A stretch of DNA of 64,000 bases from Candidatus Hodarchaeota archaeon (GCA_048887225.1 JBHLJY010000001.1:352001-416000); one strand, 5' to 3'; counted from the first letter of the stretch, positions 19,555-30,307 are shown. Numbers and translations are program-made. The notes: a model not told the origin generated them from the sequence alone.

Positions 19555-20292
19555 CTAATTTTCGATAAGTCCATCTCTCAAATGAATAACTGATGTCGCA
19601 AACTTTTCTGCTATATGTAAATTATGAGTAACAAATATACAAGTAATGCCTTCAGTTTCGTTTAGTTTAATAATTAACTCTAAAATCCTATCACTCGTTT
19701 CTGTATCTAAATTTCCAGTAGGTTCATCACATAATAGAAGGAAATTTCTTCCCACGAATGGTATTTTTGCTAAAGCTCTTGCAACTGCCACTCGTTGTTG
19801 CTCACCTCCACTTAGCTGAGAAGGATAATGAAATAATCTATCACCTAATCCAACCTTTTCCAAATAATCAGTCGCAATTTCAAGAGAGTCTAAATCGCTT
19901 TTTAATTTCTTTTTTAGAAGATCTATTCCAATTATCACATTATCCAAAGTATTTAGGGCAGGAAATAGATTAAAGAATTGGAAGATAAAGCCGATTCTCT
20001 CTCGTCGATAATCAGTTAATTGTTTATTATTGAAATTTTGAATTTCATTATTGAAAATTTTTAGAGATCCTTCATTTTCATCTGGATTAGTTATACCGCC
20101 TAATAAATTCAGCAATGTTGTTTTTCCTGATCCAGATGGGCCTAAAATTATTATTCTTTCTCCATTTTCTACTTTAAAATTTAGATTTTTTAAGGCTCGG
20201 ACAATTATTTCTCCAGATATGTAAGTTTTGGAAATATTAACACTTTCAATTGCATTTCCTTGGTAGATTACATTTTCTTTACTTTTGGACAT
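19555..20292 (-). CDS. ABC transporter ATP-binding protein (LolD/MacB-like)
   Basis: GPSGSGKT, LSGGEQQRVAVARAL, CDEPTGNLD, VTH. Confidence 0.95.
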   Translation of the reverse strand: MSKSKENVIYQGNAIESVNISKTYISGEIIVRALKNLNFKVENGERIIILGPSGSGKTTLLNLLGGITNPDENEGSLKIFNNEIQNFNNKQLTDYRRERIGFIFQFFNLFPALNTLDNVIIGIDLLKKKLKSDLDSLEIATDYLEKVGLGDRLFHYPSQLSGGEQQRVAVARALAKIPFVGRNFLLLCDEPTGNLDTETSDRILELIIKLNETEGITCIFVTHNLHIAEKFATSVIHLRDGLIEN

Positions 20293-20400
20293 AAATAAAC
20301 ACCTTTCAATTTTATTGTTCTTTTAAATCTAATATTTCTTTAAATATTAAGATTAAAATTTATTAGTTTTATCATTTTTTATAAAATTAGGGATTAAAAA

Positions 20401-20658
20401 ATGTCAGAATTGGAAAGAGTTAGAAAAATAATTAAAGCTCACGATTCAACCCCTAAACAATGTCCTTATTGTTTTAGAAAATTAAAACCAAAATTAATTA
20501 AATTTTCTAATACTGTAAATTATTATTGTTCAGTTTGTGAACAATTTATCGATATAGAATGGGATTATTTACACGCTATAGCTGTGCATCTAAAAAAATA
20601 TTCAGTTTTAAAAAGCGATTTTTCAGGAATGGATCTTAGGAAGACACTCAGGCGATAG
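20401..20658 (+). CDS. Small zinc-ribbon protein
   Basis: CPYC...CSVC. Confidence 0.6.
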   Translation: MSELERVRKIIKAHDSTPKQCPYCFRKLKPKLIKFSNTVNYYCSVCEQFIDIEWDYLHAIAVHLKKYSVLKSDFSGMDLRKTLRR

Positions 20659-20821
20659 ATATAAAAAAATTCATTATAAAAACTGGATATAATACAAAGA
20701 ACCATTAGAAAAGTATATAAACTATATTATGTCAATAGTTTGTGAGTTATTGCTATAAAATAGGTTATTAAGATTTCTCTTTTTCATAATTCTCAATATC
20801 TTAATGTAATTTTATTAAAAT

Positions 20822-21943
20822 TTATATAGGGTTACATCCAAAACACCAATCATTTTTATAGGCTTGACATTCTAGACAATTCCTCCCACAAATGGTGTTT
20901 TGGTTATCTACACTAAAAAAATTTATAGGTAAAAATTGAGGCTTTGATATTTCTGAAGAAAAAGTAATTTCAAAGGATTTTATTAATTCTCTTTCCGATA
21001 GAACGCAATAATTTAAAAAATTATTTAAATCGTCCAGAGTTTTTCCTATAACACCTATAAAGAGATGAAATTGCCCTGTAATTTTTGATATCATGTATAT
21101 CCTAGGGCAATCATAATATTTATTGAGATAATTATTGATATCATTATAATTGTTAAATTCAATCTTAATTTGGGCAAATTTAAGATTAAGGCGGTTAGGA
21201 TCAATATTAGCTTGGATTTTAAGAAGACCCTTATTTATTAATTTATTAATTCGATTTTTAACTCCAGTATGACTCATTATTTTCTTTTTAATTTTAATTT
21301 CCATACCGATTCGGGTTTGGGTTCCATCAATAAATAATTGGTTTAATATTTGCTTATCAACTTCATCAATTATATTATTAGACTTTTTTGTGACTTTTTT
21401 TGAATCTTTTAATTTTTTTTCAATTTCTATTCTTTCCTTTTTATCTCTTTTACTTTCCAATCTTAGTTTTAGAATAGGTGATATATAAGATGCAATTGTT
21501 TCTAATAATTCAACTTCTTGTATGTTATAATCAGATTCTTTATTTGCAACTTCTAGAATTCCAATTACTTTATTTTGGGATTTAATTGGAACCATAATAG
21601 CTCTATTCATTGGAATATGCCCTTCTGGAACTTTAAATGGTTCATTGGAATACTTAGTTGTGCCTTCAATGATAGCTCTAGCCCACAAGGCTCTACTATT
21701 TTCCCAATCTTTACGAGGGAATATAATATCCTTGCCCTCAATTCTGCATTCTTCCATTACATCTCGAGTCATTGAAGGACAAATTAAATCACCATTAGTA
21801 GCGATATAACCAAAAATTCCATAGCTACTTTTTATTGTATTCATGATTATGTCTAATACGTTGGCATATATCTCATATCCCGGATATTTATTAAAGGTGT
21901 CAATAATTTTATCTCGAATTTGTAAATCCTTTTCCAAACTCAT
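20822..21943 (-). CDS. GAF domain-Lrp/AsnC regulator fusion with C-terminal Cys cluster
   Basis: GAF (VPEGHIPMNRAIMVPI...IGILEVANKESDY), coiled linker, IDEVDKQIL HTH, RAM domain, CGRNCLECQAYKNDWCFGC. Confidence 0.85.
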   Translation of the reverse strand: MSLEKDLQIRDKIIDTFNKYPGYEIYANVLDIIMNTIKSSYGIFGYIATNGDLICPSMTRDVMEECRIEGKDIIFPRKDWENSRALWARAIIEGTTKYSNEPFKVPEGHIPMNRAIMVPIKSQNKVIGILEVANKESDYNIQEVELLETIASYISPILKLRLESKRDKKERIEIEKKLKDSKKVTKKSNNIIDEVDKQILNQLFIDGTQTRIGMEIKIKKKIMSHTGVKNRINKLINKGLLKIQANIDPNRLNLKFAQIKIEFNNYNDINNYLNKYYDCPRIYMISKITGQFHLFIGVIGKTLDDLNNFLNYCVLSERELIKSFEITFSSEISKPQFLPINFFSVDNQNTICGRNCLECQAYKNDWCFGCNPI

Positions 21944-22280
21944 TGATTATTATTTTCTCCTCTTTTCTTTCTAAAATAAGTATTTTTTCTACTTTTTAAA
22001 TAAATGTTTTATAACTTTAAAGTATAATTTTTGATGTTTATTCTAAACTCAGATTAATTTATAATATTTATGATTTTAAGATTTTTAAATATTTTCTAAA
22101 TTAATTATGATATTGAATGTAATTAAGGAAGAAAGTTTAATAATCCCAGATAAATTATAGAAAAGTTTAAATATGAAAGTATTATCTTTTTTTGTAATAA
22201 AAAATTTTTAAAAATTTGTCCAAAAATGAAATTTACTATTCATTAATATGGTGATTTGAATTATAAGTAAAGTCTTAGAA

Positions 22281-22772
22281 ATGGATGATATTGATAGGAA
22301 TATTATTCAAATAATACAAGAGAATTCAAATCTTACACATACCGAAATTGCAAAAAAAGTTAATAGGAGTCAACCTACAGTTGGAATGCGAATCCGAAGG
22401 CTTGAAAAAGCTGGCATTTTGAAGTTTCAAGCAGGAATAAATTTAAAAACTGCTGATATACTTCTTGCAAGAGCTGAAATTGTAACAAATAATCCTAAAG
22501 AAATAGAACGTATTGTAAAAAATTGTCCTTTTATGATTAATGCATTTCGATTAAGTGGAAATTCAAATATTAGCGTTTTTATCGTCGGTTTTAAAATGAG
22601 CGAAATTGATAATATTATAAATTGCCATTTTAGAAAGAACCATTATGTAGAGAACATTAGTTTAGATATTATTCTTGATATAATAAATGATTTTGTCTTA
22701 CCTTTCAAGATTAATATCGACTATTGCGAAATTTGTAAAAAGGGGCAATGTTTTTCTAATTTTAAAGAATAA
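22281..22772 (+). CDS. Lrp/AsnC family transcriptional regulator
   Basis: DDIDRNIIQIIQENSNLTHTEIAKKVNRSQPTVGMRIRRLEKAG; C-terminal CEIC...C. May start at ATT/ATA 22260/22263. Confidence 0.9.
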   Translation: MDDIDRNIIQIIQENSNLTHTEIAKKVNRSQPTVGMRIRRLEKAGILKFQAGINLKTADILLARAEIVTNNPKEIERIVKNCPFMINAFRLSGNSNISVFIVGFKMSEIDNIINCHFRKNHYVENISLDIILDIINDFVLPFKINIDYCEICKKGQCFSNFKE

Positions 22773-22927
22773 ATTATAAAATTCTTTTAATTAAATTATA
22801 AATTATTTATGGGAAAAAAAGCCACTATTCTTACATTTAGAGATTAAAATTAAACCTGGGAACTCATAATAATTAGTAAAAAATTAAAATTAAATAATAT
22901 AGATAAACAAATTAATACTAACAAATT

Positions 22928-22942
22928 AAAAAGGTATAAATA
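22928..22942 (+). promoter_or_regulatory. Candidate BRE-TATA promoter of the trp leader/operon
   Basis: AAAAAGG followed by TATAAATA (22935-22942), about 55 bp upstream of the leader ATG. Confidence 0.5.
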
Positions 22943-22996
22943 ACATTTATTAATTATTTTTAATAATATTCAAAATCAAGTTAATGGAAAAGAAAA

Positions 22997-23068
22997 ATGT
23001 TTAGAAAAAATTTAAACCTAAAAGTTCCCTCATCAACTTGGTTTTGGGTTTGGTGTTGGCACGCATAG
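22997..23068 (+). CDS. trpL: Trp-rich leader peptide MFRKNLNLKVPSSTWFWVWCWHA (TrpL-like)
   Basis: 23-codon ORF with 4 TGG codons within 7 codons, ending 174 bp upstream of trpD on the same strand. Confidence 0.8.
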   Translation: MFRKNLNLKVPSSTWFWVWCWHA

Positions 23069-23120
23069 AGCGTGCGCAATGACTTTATCTATTTAAGAAT
23101 TTCTTGCTTTTTTCTCTTTA
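23014..23120 (+). promoter_or_regulatory. Candidate attenuator: two hairpins plus U-rich terminator tract
   Basis: AAACCTAAAA (23014-23)/TTTTGGGTTT (23042-51); GCACGC-ATAGA-GCGTGC (23059-75) extendable with TTG/CAA; pyrimidine tract TTTCTTGCTTTTTTCTCTTT at about 23100-23119. Confidence 0.6.
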
Positions 23121-23242
23121 TAATTCCTAAAGATTTTAGTTTGAATTATGAAGATTAAAATTGTTTTTTAAAATATTAGAAATTCCAATTCTATAAAGAT
23201 TTTAAAATGTTATGTTAAAAAAAAGAAATAAATTGTATAAAA

Positions 23243-24307
23243 ATGTCTGAAGAAAAAATAGTTGAAGGTTTAAAAAAAATAAGTCAAAATGTTAGCTTGA
23301 CAATTGAAGAAGCAGAAAATATAATGAGAGATATAATGTCTGGTAAAGTGCAAGACGCTCAATTAGGAGCATTTTTAACAGGATTAGCTATGAAGGGAGA
23401 GTCTATTGAGGAAATAACAGGCTTTGCTCTAATAATGAGAGAATTTGCAAACCGAATTCAACCTAAAGTAAACGGCGAGTTATTAGACACATGTGGAACT
23501 GGAGGAGATAAAATCAAAACATTTAATATAAGTACAATTTCAGCGTTAGTAGTGGCAGGGGCGGGAGTTCCTGTAGCAAAACATGGGAATCGTGCTGTAA
23601 CGAGTAAATGTGGAAGTGCTGATTTGTTAGAGGGATTAGGGGTGAAAATTGATTTACCTCCTGAAGAGGTTAAGACGTGTATTGAAGATGTAGGGATTGG
23701 ATTTATGTTTGCGCCTCTATTTCATCCAGCGATGATGTATGCTATGCCTACTAGAAGAGCATTAAAATTAAGAACAGTATTCAATATACTTGGTCCTTTA
23801 ACAAATCCCGCTAATGCGAAGTATCATACTTTAGGGGTTTTTGATAAGAGTTTAGCTCCGATTATGGCAAAAGTTCTCGGAAGCGGTTTAGGCGCAAAAC
23901 ATGTTTATACGATTCATAACTCTTGTGGCATTGATGAATTAGCACCTGTGGGAATTAATTATATAACAGAATTTAACAATGGAAATATTGAAACTTATGC
24001 TTTGACAAATAAAGATTTTGGAATTGAAGATTGCAATATAAATGATATTTTAGCAGGTAAATCTTTACAGGAGAATTTAGAAATTGCAGTTAGAATTTTG
24101 AAAAATGAACTCAAGGGTTCAAAATTTGATACTGTCTTAATGAATTCAGCTTTAGCCCTTACAAGTGCTGGTATAGCAAGTGGTATTAAGGAAGGTGTAA
24201 TACTCGCAAAAAACGCAGTAGAATCTGGAGCTGCTCATAAAAAACTTGAAGATTTAATTAATATATCGGGCGGAAACCAAGCAAAACTAAACAATTTATT
24301 GAAATAG
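23243..24307 (+). CDS. trpD: Anthranilate phosphoribosyltransferase
   Basis: DTCGTGGD, FNIST, KHGNRAVTSKCGSADLLE, RTVFNILGPLTNP. Confidence 0.97.
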   Translation: MSEEKIVEGLKKISQNVSLTIEEAENIMRDIMSGKVQDAQLGAFLTGLAMKGESIEEITGFALIMREFANRIQPKVNGELLDTCGTGGDKIKTFNISTISALVVAGAGVPVAKHGNRAVTSKCGSADLLEGLGVKIDLPPEEVKTCIEDVGIGFMFAPLFHPAMMYAMPTRRALKLRTVFNILGPLTNPANAKYHTLGVFDKSLAPIMAKVLGSGLGAKHVYTIHNSCGIDELAPVGINYITEFNNGNIETYALTNKDFGIEDCNINDILAGKSLQENLEIAVRILKNELKGSKFDTVLMNSALALTSAGIASGIKEGVILAKNAVESGAAHKKLEDLINISGGNQAKLNNLLK

Positions 24308-24308
24308 C

Positions 24309-25115
24309 ATGGAAGGAATGATATCAAATAAAATAAAGGAAATAGTAGAACAACGGCGAAAATCTATTGATAAGGATAGAAATTTTAAGTTCACATTAGG
24401 AGAGAAGGTGCATAAAGATAATCGACCAACTCTTAGTGAATCTATTGAAAAAGAGTCCGGGATCTCAATTATTTCTGAAATCAAGCCAGCTTCGCCAACT
24501 CTCGGTAAAATACGTAAAGAATTAGATATAAAAAAGATCGCAAAAGAAATGGAAAGTTCAGGTGTTGTTGGTTTAAGTGTTTTAACAGAACCTAATTATT
24601 TCGATGGTTCATATGAGAATTTGAGACTTGCGATAGAGAACACAAAAATACCATGTTTAATGAAAGACTTTGTTGTAGATCCTGTTCAAAATATAATTGC
24701 GTCTCAGTTGGGCGCAACAAATATATTGATAATTAATTCTATTTGTGATTTAGAAGAAAACTATCACTCTGCTGTAGATCATGGCCTGGAACCGTTAATA
24801 GAAATTCACGAGGTTGAAGAATTACAGGACATTAAGCATTTATTTGATATTGGGTTGAAACCGAAATTAATAGGAGTTAATAACCGAAATCTGAAAACGC
24901 TTGAAATTAATCTTAATACTTCAAAAGAAATTATTCCCAAATTAAAAGCGGAATTTGGGAATGAAATTGTTATTGTAAGTGAAAGTGGTGTAAACACGAT
25001 TGACGACATTAATTTTCTTTTAGAATATCAAGCTGATGCATTCTTAATTGGATCTTCTATAATGCAATCAGAGAATATAAAAGAAAAAATTTTTTCATTG
25101 AGAGGTGTAAATTGA
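24309..25115 (+). CDS. trpC: Indole-3-glycerol phosphate synthase
   Basis: ISEIKPASPTLG, LSVLTEPNYFDGS, KDFVVD, GVNNRNL, SESG. Confidence 0.96.
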   Translation: MEGMISNKIKEIVEQRRKSIDKDRNFKFTLGEKVHKDNRPTLSESIEKESGISIISEIKPASPTLGKIRKELDIKKIAKEMESSGVVGLSVLTEPNYFDGSYENLRLAIENTKIPCLMKDFVVDPVQNIIASQLGATNILIINSICDLEENYHSAVDHGLEPLIEIHEVEELQDIKHLFDIGLKPKLIGVNNRNLKTLEINLNTSKEIIPKLKAEFGNEIVIVSESGVNTIDDINFLLEYQADAFLIGSSIMQSENIKEKIFSLRGVN

Positions 25116-25762
25116 TGGAGTACATTAAAGTTTGTGGCTTAAGAGAAAGTGAACACATTAAATTATGTATAGATAATGATGCTAATGCTGTGGGCTTCAT
25201 TTACAACGTTCCTAGTTCACCGAGGAATTTAGAAAAACCTGAATTATTAAACCTTTTAAAAGGTATTCCTAAGAAATTATTAACTGTTGTTGTATCTAAA
25301 CCTAAAGATATCATGGAATTAGAAAATATAATGAATGAAATAGATGTTAATTTATATCAAATTCACAATAATTTTGAAGATACTGAAATTGATGATATTC
25401 CAACTGATTTAAAAGAAAAAATTGTTTTAGCATTAAAAGTAAATCCTTCCAATAAAAGTAATGTAATTAAAAAAATAAACAAATATCATGACCAGTTTTA
25501 TGCATTCTTAATTGATAATAGTGAAGGTCATGGTACTGAATTTAATTTCGATATCGCTAATGATATCATAAATAATACCGAAGGAGCGAGAATAATAATC
25601 GCTGGAGGTATAAATATTAATAATATTGAAAAGATAATTAGAGATTTAAACCCTTTTGGAATCGATGTGAGTAGTTCTTTAGAATCCAAAAAAGGGGTTA
25701 AAGAGCCATTAAAAATTCAAAATTTTTTAAATAAAATAAACGAAATTAAGAAAGAGTTGTGA
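25112..25762 (+). CDS. trpF: Phosphoribosylanthranilate isomerase
   Basis: [23 protein letters not shown]; position in operon. Confidence 0.93.
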   Translation: MMEYIKVCGLRESEHIKLCIDNDANAVGFIYNVPSSPRNLEKPELLNLLKGIPKKLLTVVVSKPKDIMELENIMNEIDVNLYQIHNNFEDTEIDDIPTDLKEKIVLALKVNPSNKSNVIKKINKYHDQFYAFLIDNSEGHGTEFNFDIANDIINNTEGARIIIAGGININNIEKIIRDLNPFGIDVSSSLESKKGVKEPLKIQNFLNKINEIKKEL

Positions 25763-25769
25763 GAGAGAC

Positions 25770-26972
25770 ATGAAATATAGTGAAAAATATCCCAATGAGT
25801 GCGGCAAATTTGGGGATTTCGGAGGGATATTTGCTCCAGAAGTTCTCATGCCAGCGCTAACTGAGCTTGCTGAAGCTTTTGAAAAATATAGAAATGACTT
25901 AAGTTTTAAAAATGAATTTTATCAGATTCTCGAATCATATGGAGGGCGTCCAACACCCTTATTCTATGCTAAAAAATACAGTGAAGATATAGGATGCAAA
26001 GTGTATCTGAAAAGAGAGGATTTAGTACATGGTGGAGCTCATAAATTAAATAATGTAATAGGACAGGCTTTATTAGCGAAAAAAATGGGAAAAACAAAAT
26101 TGGTTGCTGAGACTGGCGCTGGACAACATGGATTCGCGACAGCTATTGCTGGTGCTTATTTCGGCATGGAAACAAAAGTATTTATGGGAGAAGTTGATAT
26201 TGTTAGGCAAGCGTATAACGTCTATCGAATGCAGCTTCTCGGAGCTGAAGTAATACCCGTAAGCACGGGTTCCAGAACACTAAAGGATGCAATTAATGAT
26301 GGACTTAGATATTGGATCACCAATGTTAGAGACACTCACTATTTAATGGGAAGCGTTGTCGGTCCACATCCCTATCCGCTATTAGTTAGAGAATTCCAAA
26401 GAATTATTGGTATTGAAACTAAGAAGCAAATAATAGAATTAGAGGGACGATTACCTAATGCCATTGTTGCGTGTATAGGTGGTGGAAGTAATGCCATTGG
26501 TATAATGTATGATTTCATTGAAAATGAAAATGTCCAGTTAATTGGAGTTGAGGCGGCCGGAGAGGGATTAGAAACAGGAAAACATTCAATAGCATTAGGA
26601 TTAGGTCGAAGAGGTGTTTTACATGGATCATTAATGTATTTATTACAAAATGAATATGGTAATATATTGGAGACTCATTCTATAAGTGCGGGACTAGATT
26701 ATCCCGGTGTAGGTCCTGAACATTGTTTCTTAAAAGAATTAACTCGCCTTAGAGTGGAAGCCGCAACCGACAAAGAGACTTTAGACGCTTTTCAAAAATT
26801 ATCAGTCTTAGAAGGTATCATTCCAGCATTAGAATCTTCGCATGCCCTTGCATGTCTGGAAAGAATTAAGGGTGAGTTTAATAAGGATGATATTGTAATA
26901 ATTAATTTATCTGGCTCAGGATCTAAAGATCTAGACATAATTAAACAGCATATGGAGTTTAAAGTAAAATGA
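25770..26972 (+). CDS. trpB: Tryptophan synthase beta chain (TrpB1 type)
   Basis: [44 protein letters not shown]. Confidence 0.98.
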   Translation: MKYSEKYPNECGKFGDFGGIFAPEVLMPALTELAEAFEKYRNDLSFKNEFYQILESYGGRPTPLFYAKKYSEDIGCKVYLKREDLVHGGAHKLNNVIGQALLAKKMGKTKLVAETGAGQHGFATAIAGAYFGMETKVFMGEVDIVRQAYNVYRMQLLGAEVIPVSTGSRTLKDAINDGLRYWITNVRDTHYLMGSVVGPHPYPLLVREFQRIIGIETKKQIIELEGRLPNAIVACIGGGSNAIGIMYDFIENENVQLIGVEAAGEGLETGKHSIALGLGRRGVLHGSLMYLLQNEYGNILETHSISAGLDYPGVGPEHCFLKELTRLRVEAATDKETLDAFQKLSVLEGIIPALESSHALACLERIKGEFNKDDIVIINLSGSGSKDLDIIKQHMEFKVK

Positions 26973-27808
26973 ATGATTCAAATAGAATTTTGAACCTTTT
27001 TAATGATAAGGAAGTAATAAACGAAAAATGTTTTATGCCTTTTCTAGTATGTGGAGATCCTTCAATTGAGCAGTTCATATCAATGGTTAAAAAGATCGAT
27101 CCATATATAGATATCCTTGAATTAGGAGTGCCATTTAGCGATCCAATTGCCGATGGTCCCACCGTTCAGGAGGCAAATATGAGGGCATTTGAAGCGGGAA
27201 TCAACACAAAAGTAGCTCTTGATACAATCAAGAGAATCAGAACATTTTTTAACAAACCGATTGTTATTTTAACTTATTATAACATCTTAATCCAAGGATC
27301 AGAGACAATCGAAAGTTCTTTGGATAATACCTTAAAATTATGTAAGGAAAGTGGTATAGATGGAATTGTTATCGCTGATCTCCCAATTGAAGAAGCAGGA
27401 TTAGCGTTGAAATATTGTAAAAAACATGACATATCGCTTATATTTTTAATTGCTCCAACAACTACAGACGATAGATTAGAAAAAATCTTAAAAGAAGCAA
27501 GAGGATTTGTCTATTTAATATCAATCTTAGGTGTTACTGGGGCTCGAGAAAAAGTCGCACAAATCACGAAAGAAACGATTAAAAGAGTAAAAGAAAAGAT
27601 CAAATCTAAAATACCAATATTCTTGGGATTTGGTATATCTAAACCTGAGCACGCTTCCACTCTAGTGGAACTAGGAGCTGATGGTATTATTATTGGTTCG
27701 GCAATAATAGACGTCATTAAGAGAAATTTAAGTGATTTTAATAAAATGGAGCAAGAATTAGTTGAATTTGTATCAAGTATAAAAAATGCGATAAAGAGGT
27801 CGAGTTAA
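26969..27808 (+). CDS. trpA: Tryptophan synthase alpha chain
   Basis: [28 protein letters not shown]. Confidence 0.97.
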   Translation: MNDSNRILNLFNDKEVINEKCFMPFLVCGDPSIEQFISMVKKIDPYIDILELGVPFSDPIADGPTVQEANMRAFEAGINTKVALDTIKRIRTFFNKPIVILTYYNILIQGSETIESSLDNTLKLCKESGIDGIVIADLPIEEAGLALKYCKKHDISLIFLIAPTTTDDRLEKILKEARGFVYLISILGVTGAREKVAQITKETIKRVKEKIKSKIPIFLGFGISKPEHASTLVELGADGIIIGSAIIDVIKRNLSDFNKMEQELVEFVSSIKNAIKRSS

Positions 27809-27810
27809 CT

Positions 27811-29307
27811 ATGGAATTTGATATACATATAGAAAAAATTGGTCATTTGGATAATATTTTTAGTTTTTATAAATATTTAGTTAAGAAATATGATTTAAAA
27901 AAACATGTTCTATTAGAATCTGCTTCGGAAAACACGAAGGAAACCCTTTACAGCTTTATAGCGTTAGAACCCGATTATATGCTGGAAATCAATGAAGATA
28001 AATATAAAATTTTCGATATCACTACTGAGCGAGGGGAAAATATTAATGATTACGTAGAATCTAAAGATATTTCGGAAGAAAGGCCGCATAATCCACTGCC
28101 ATTTAAGGACAATGTTGAATATAACATGGTCGCCCTTGATACTCTAAGTTCTCTTACGCCATATTCAAATCTGCCTTTCACGGAGTTATTTCCAAGAAAT
28201 ATTTTCTACGGCGGAATGTTAGGTTATATAGGATATGATGTTGTTGCCCCATATGTAGGTTATAAATCTACTAGTGAATTTTCTGATATTTTAATGGGAT
28301 TATATACAAAAGTGCTTGTTTACTCTCATGAATCTAACTTATTATTTATGATCGATAATAGTATCGATGATTACTCCCGAGATAAAGAAATTCGTTATCA
28401 GTTGAGTTTATTCAAGAGAAATAACAGTTCCGCCGAAAAGAAGGAAATTCCCTTGGATATCGAAGATATTGATGAATCTGGGTTTAGATCTAATACGTCC
28501 AAATCCGCTCACGAGAGAATGGTTGAAAAAACTAAAGAATATATATATGCAGGCGATATAATACAAGCAGTTATTTCCCGAAGATTATATACTGAGAGTA
28601 AGATTGACCCTATGGCTATTTATGAGGTTCTACGGGTTTTAAATCCTTCACAATATATGTATAACTTAAATTTTGATGATATTAAAATCATAGGGAGTAG
28701 CCCTGAAGCGCTGATTTCTAAGAATAAAGACGTTCTTAATACTGTTCCGATTGCTGGTACAATAAGGAGGGGCAAGACTCCAGAAGAAGACCTTAAATTG
28801 GAAAAAGAATTACTTAATGATCCCAAGGAGCAAGCCGAACATCTCCAATTGGTGGATCTTGGGAGAAATGACCTTGCTAAAGTTTCATATCCTGGTTCTG
28901 TCGAAACTTATGAATTTATGATAATTCAAAAATATCAAAAAGTTCAGCATATTGTAAGTAAAGTTAGAAGTAGGACACCTTTAGACGGCTACGAAGTTTT
29001 GAAGAGCGTTTTCCCTGCTGGGACGCTCTCTGGTGCGCCTAAACTGAGGGCTATGCAAATAATACAAGAATTAGAAACAGAATCGAGGGGCCCCTATGGT
29101 GGTGGTGTGGGATATTTCTCGTTTAATGGTGATATGGCGTTTGCCATAGCCATCAGGACTCTATTTGGAATGGACGGGACATATTTTGCGCAAGCGGGAG
29201 GTGGCATTGTTTCCGATAGCCAGCCTCACGAAGAATACATAGAAACTTACAATAAACTATATAGCGTTCTAAAATCAATAAAAATAGCGGAGGCCAGAGA
29301 TAAATGA
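27811..29307 (+). CDS. trpE: Anthranilate synthase component I
   Basis: LLES, GSSPE, PIAGT, EHLQLVDLGRND, FPAGTLSGAPKLRAM. Confidence 0.96.
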   Translation: MEFDIHIEKIGHLDNIFSFYKYLVKKYDLKKHVLLESASENTKETLYSFIALEPDYMLEINEDKYKIFDITTERGENINDYVESKDISEERPHNPLPFKDNVEYNMVALDTLSSLTPYSNLPFTELFPRNIFYGGMLGYIGYDVVAPYVGYKSTSEFSDILMGLYTKVLVYSHESNLLFMIDNSIDDYSRDKEIRYQLSLFKRNNSSAEKKEIPLDIEDIDESGFRSNTSKSAHERMVEKTKEYIYAGDIIQAVISRRLYTESKIDPMAIYEVLRVLNPSQYMYNLNFDDIKIIGSSPEALISKNKDVLNTVPIAGTIRRGKTPEEDLKLEKELLNDPKEQAEHLQLVDLGRNDLAKVSYPGSVETYEFMIIQKYQKVQHIVSKVRSRTPLDGYEVLKSVFPAGTLSGAPKLRAMQIIQELETESRGPYGGGVGYFSFNGDMAFAIAIRTLFGMDGTYFAQAGGGIVSDSQPHEEYIETYNKLYSVLKSIKIAEARDK

Positions 29308-29909
29308 AAATTTTATTTATTAACAACTACGACAGTTTTGTGTACAATTTGGTGAATTATTTCTGCCAAGTAGCACCAGATTCAAATATAATCGTTGAGG
29401 ATAACAATATCCCAGTTGATAAAGTCAAGAATATGAATATTGATAAGATTGTTATATCTCCTGGTCCAGGACATCCTAAGTACGATACAGGCACAGTAAT
29501 ACCCATCATTAAAGAATTTTATTCTAAATTACCAATATTAGGAGTTTGTCTAGGACATCAAGCGCTAGTAGAAGCATTTGGAGAATTGGAACATCCCGAT
29601 AATGACATCGAATATGTGGGACTGGCGAAAGTTGGTCCTATGCATGGAAAAATCTCAAAAATATTCCATGATCAAGAAACTATTTTTAAAGATATACAAA
29701 ATCCTCTAATGGGCGTAAGATATCACTCTTTAGCTGCTAAATCAGATTTATTGTCTCAAGATTTAAAAATCAGCGCTACTGCAGACGATGGCACTATAAT
29801 GGGCGTTCGTCACAAACATTACTGTATCGAGGGTATTCAATTTCATCCAGAATCCATTAAAATGAAGCCTCATGGAATTACAATATTGAAAAACTTTTTA
29901 AAACTATAA
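29304..29909 (+). CDS. trpG: Anthranilate synthase component II (glutamine amidotransferase)
   Basis: NYDSFVYNL, SPGPG, GVCLGHQ, RYHSL, QFHPES. Confidence 0.96.
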   Translation: MKILFINNYDSFVYNLVNYFCQVAPDSNIIVEDNNIPVDKVKNMNIDKIVISPGPGHPKYDTGTVIPIIKEFYSKLPILGVCLGHQALVEAFGELEHPDNDIEYVGLAKVGPMHGKISKIFHDQETIFKDIQNPLMGVRYHSLAAKSDLLSQDLKISATADDGTIMGVRHKHYCIEGIQFHPESIKMKPHGITILKNFLKL

Positions 29910-30121
29910 ATTCGGTTAATTAACTTATTATTTTTACCTCACACTTATCCAATAATATGAAAGTAATACTGAAAATATGTCATACTAAATTATCTTACGA
30001 TAACTTCAAGGAAATTGTAGAAAAATTAGATAAGGTAAAGACACATTTATTATGAGAATTAATAAAAAAATTTGGAATAAAAAGAAATTGTAAAAAGAAT
30101 TAAGAGATCTTTAATAAATAT

Positions 30122-30307
30122 CTAAAGATCCCTAGCTTTTACGGTTTTTCTCCCATTTGCTTTAGCTCTCGCAATGGCTTTATCAAGAAGTTTTATAATA
30201 CTTGCATTTAAACCTCCCTTTTCATCTAATACAGCACCCGCTGTATTACAACCCTTCTTTTTAATGTGTTCTTTTACTTTAGATTTAACAAAAAGTGCAT
30301 CAACCAT
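30122..30307 (-). CDS. Histone-fold protein, short alpha3-truncated type
   Basis: LLDKAIARAKANGRKTVKARDL C-terminus; SD GGAGGA; own promoter. Confidence 0.85.
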   Translation of the reverse strand: MVDALFVKSKVKEHIKKKGCNTAGAVLDEKGGLNASIIKLLDKAIARAKANGRKTVKARDL

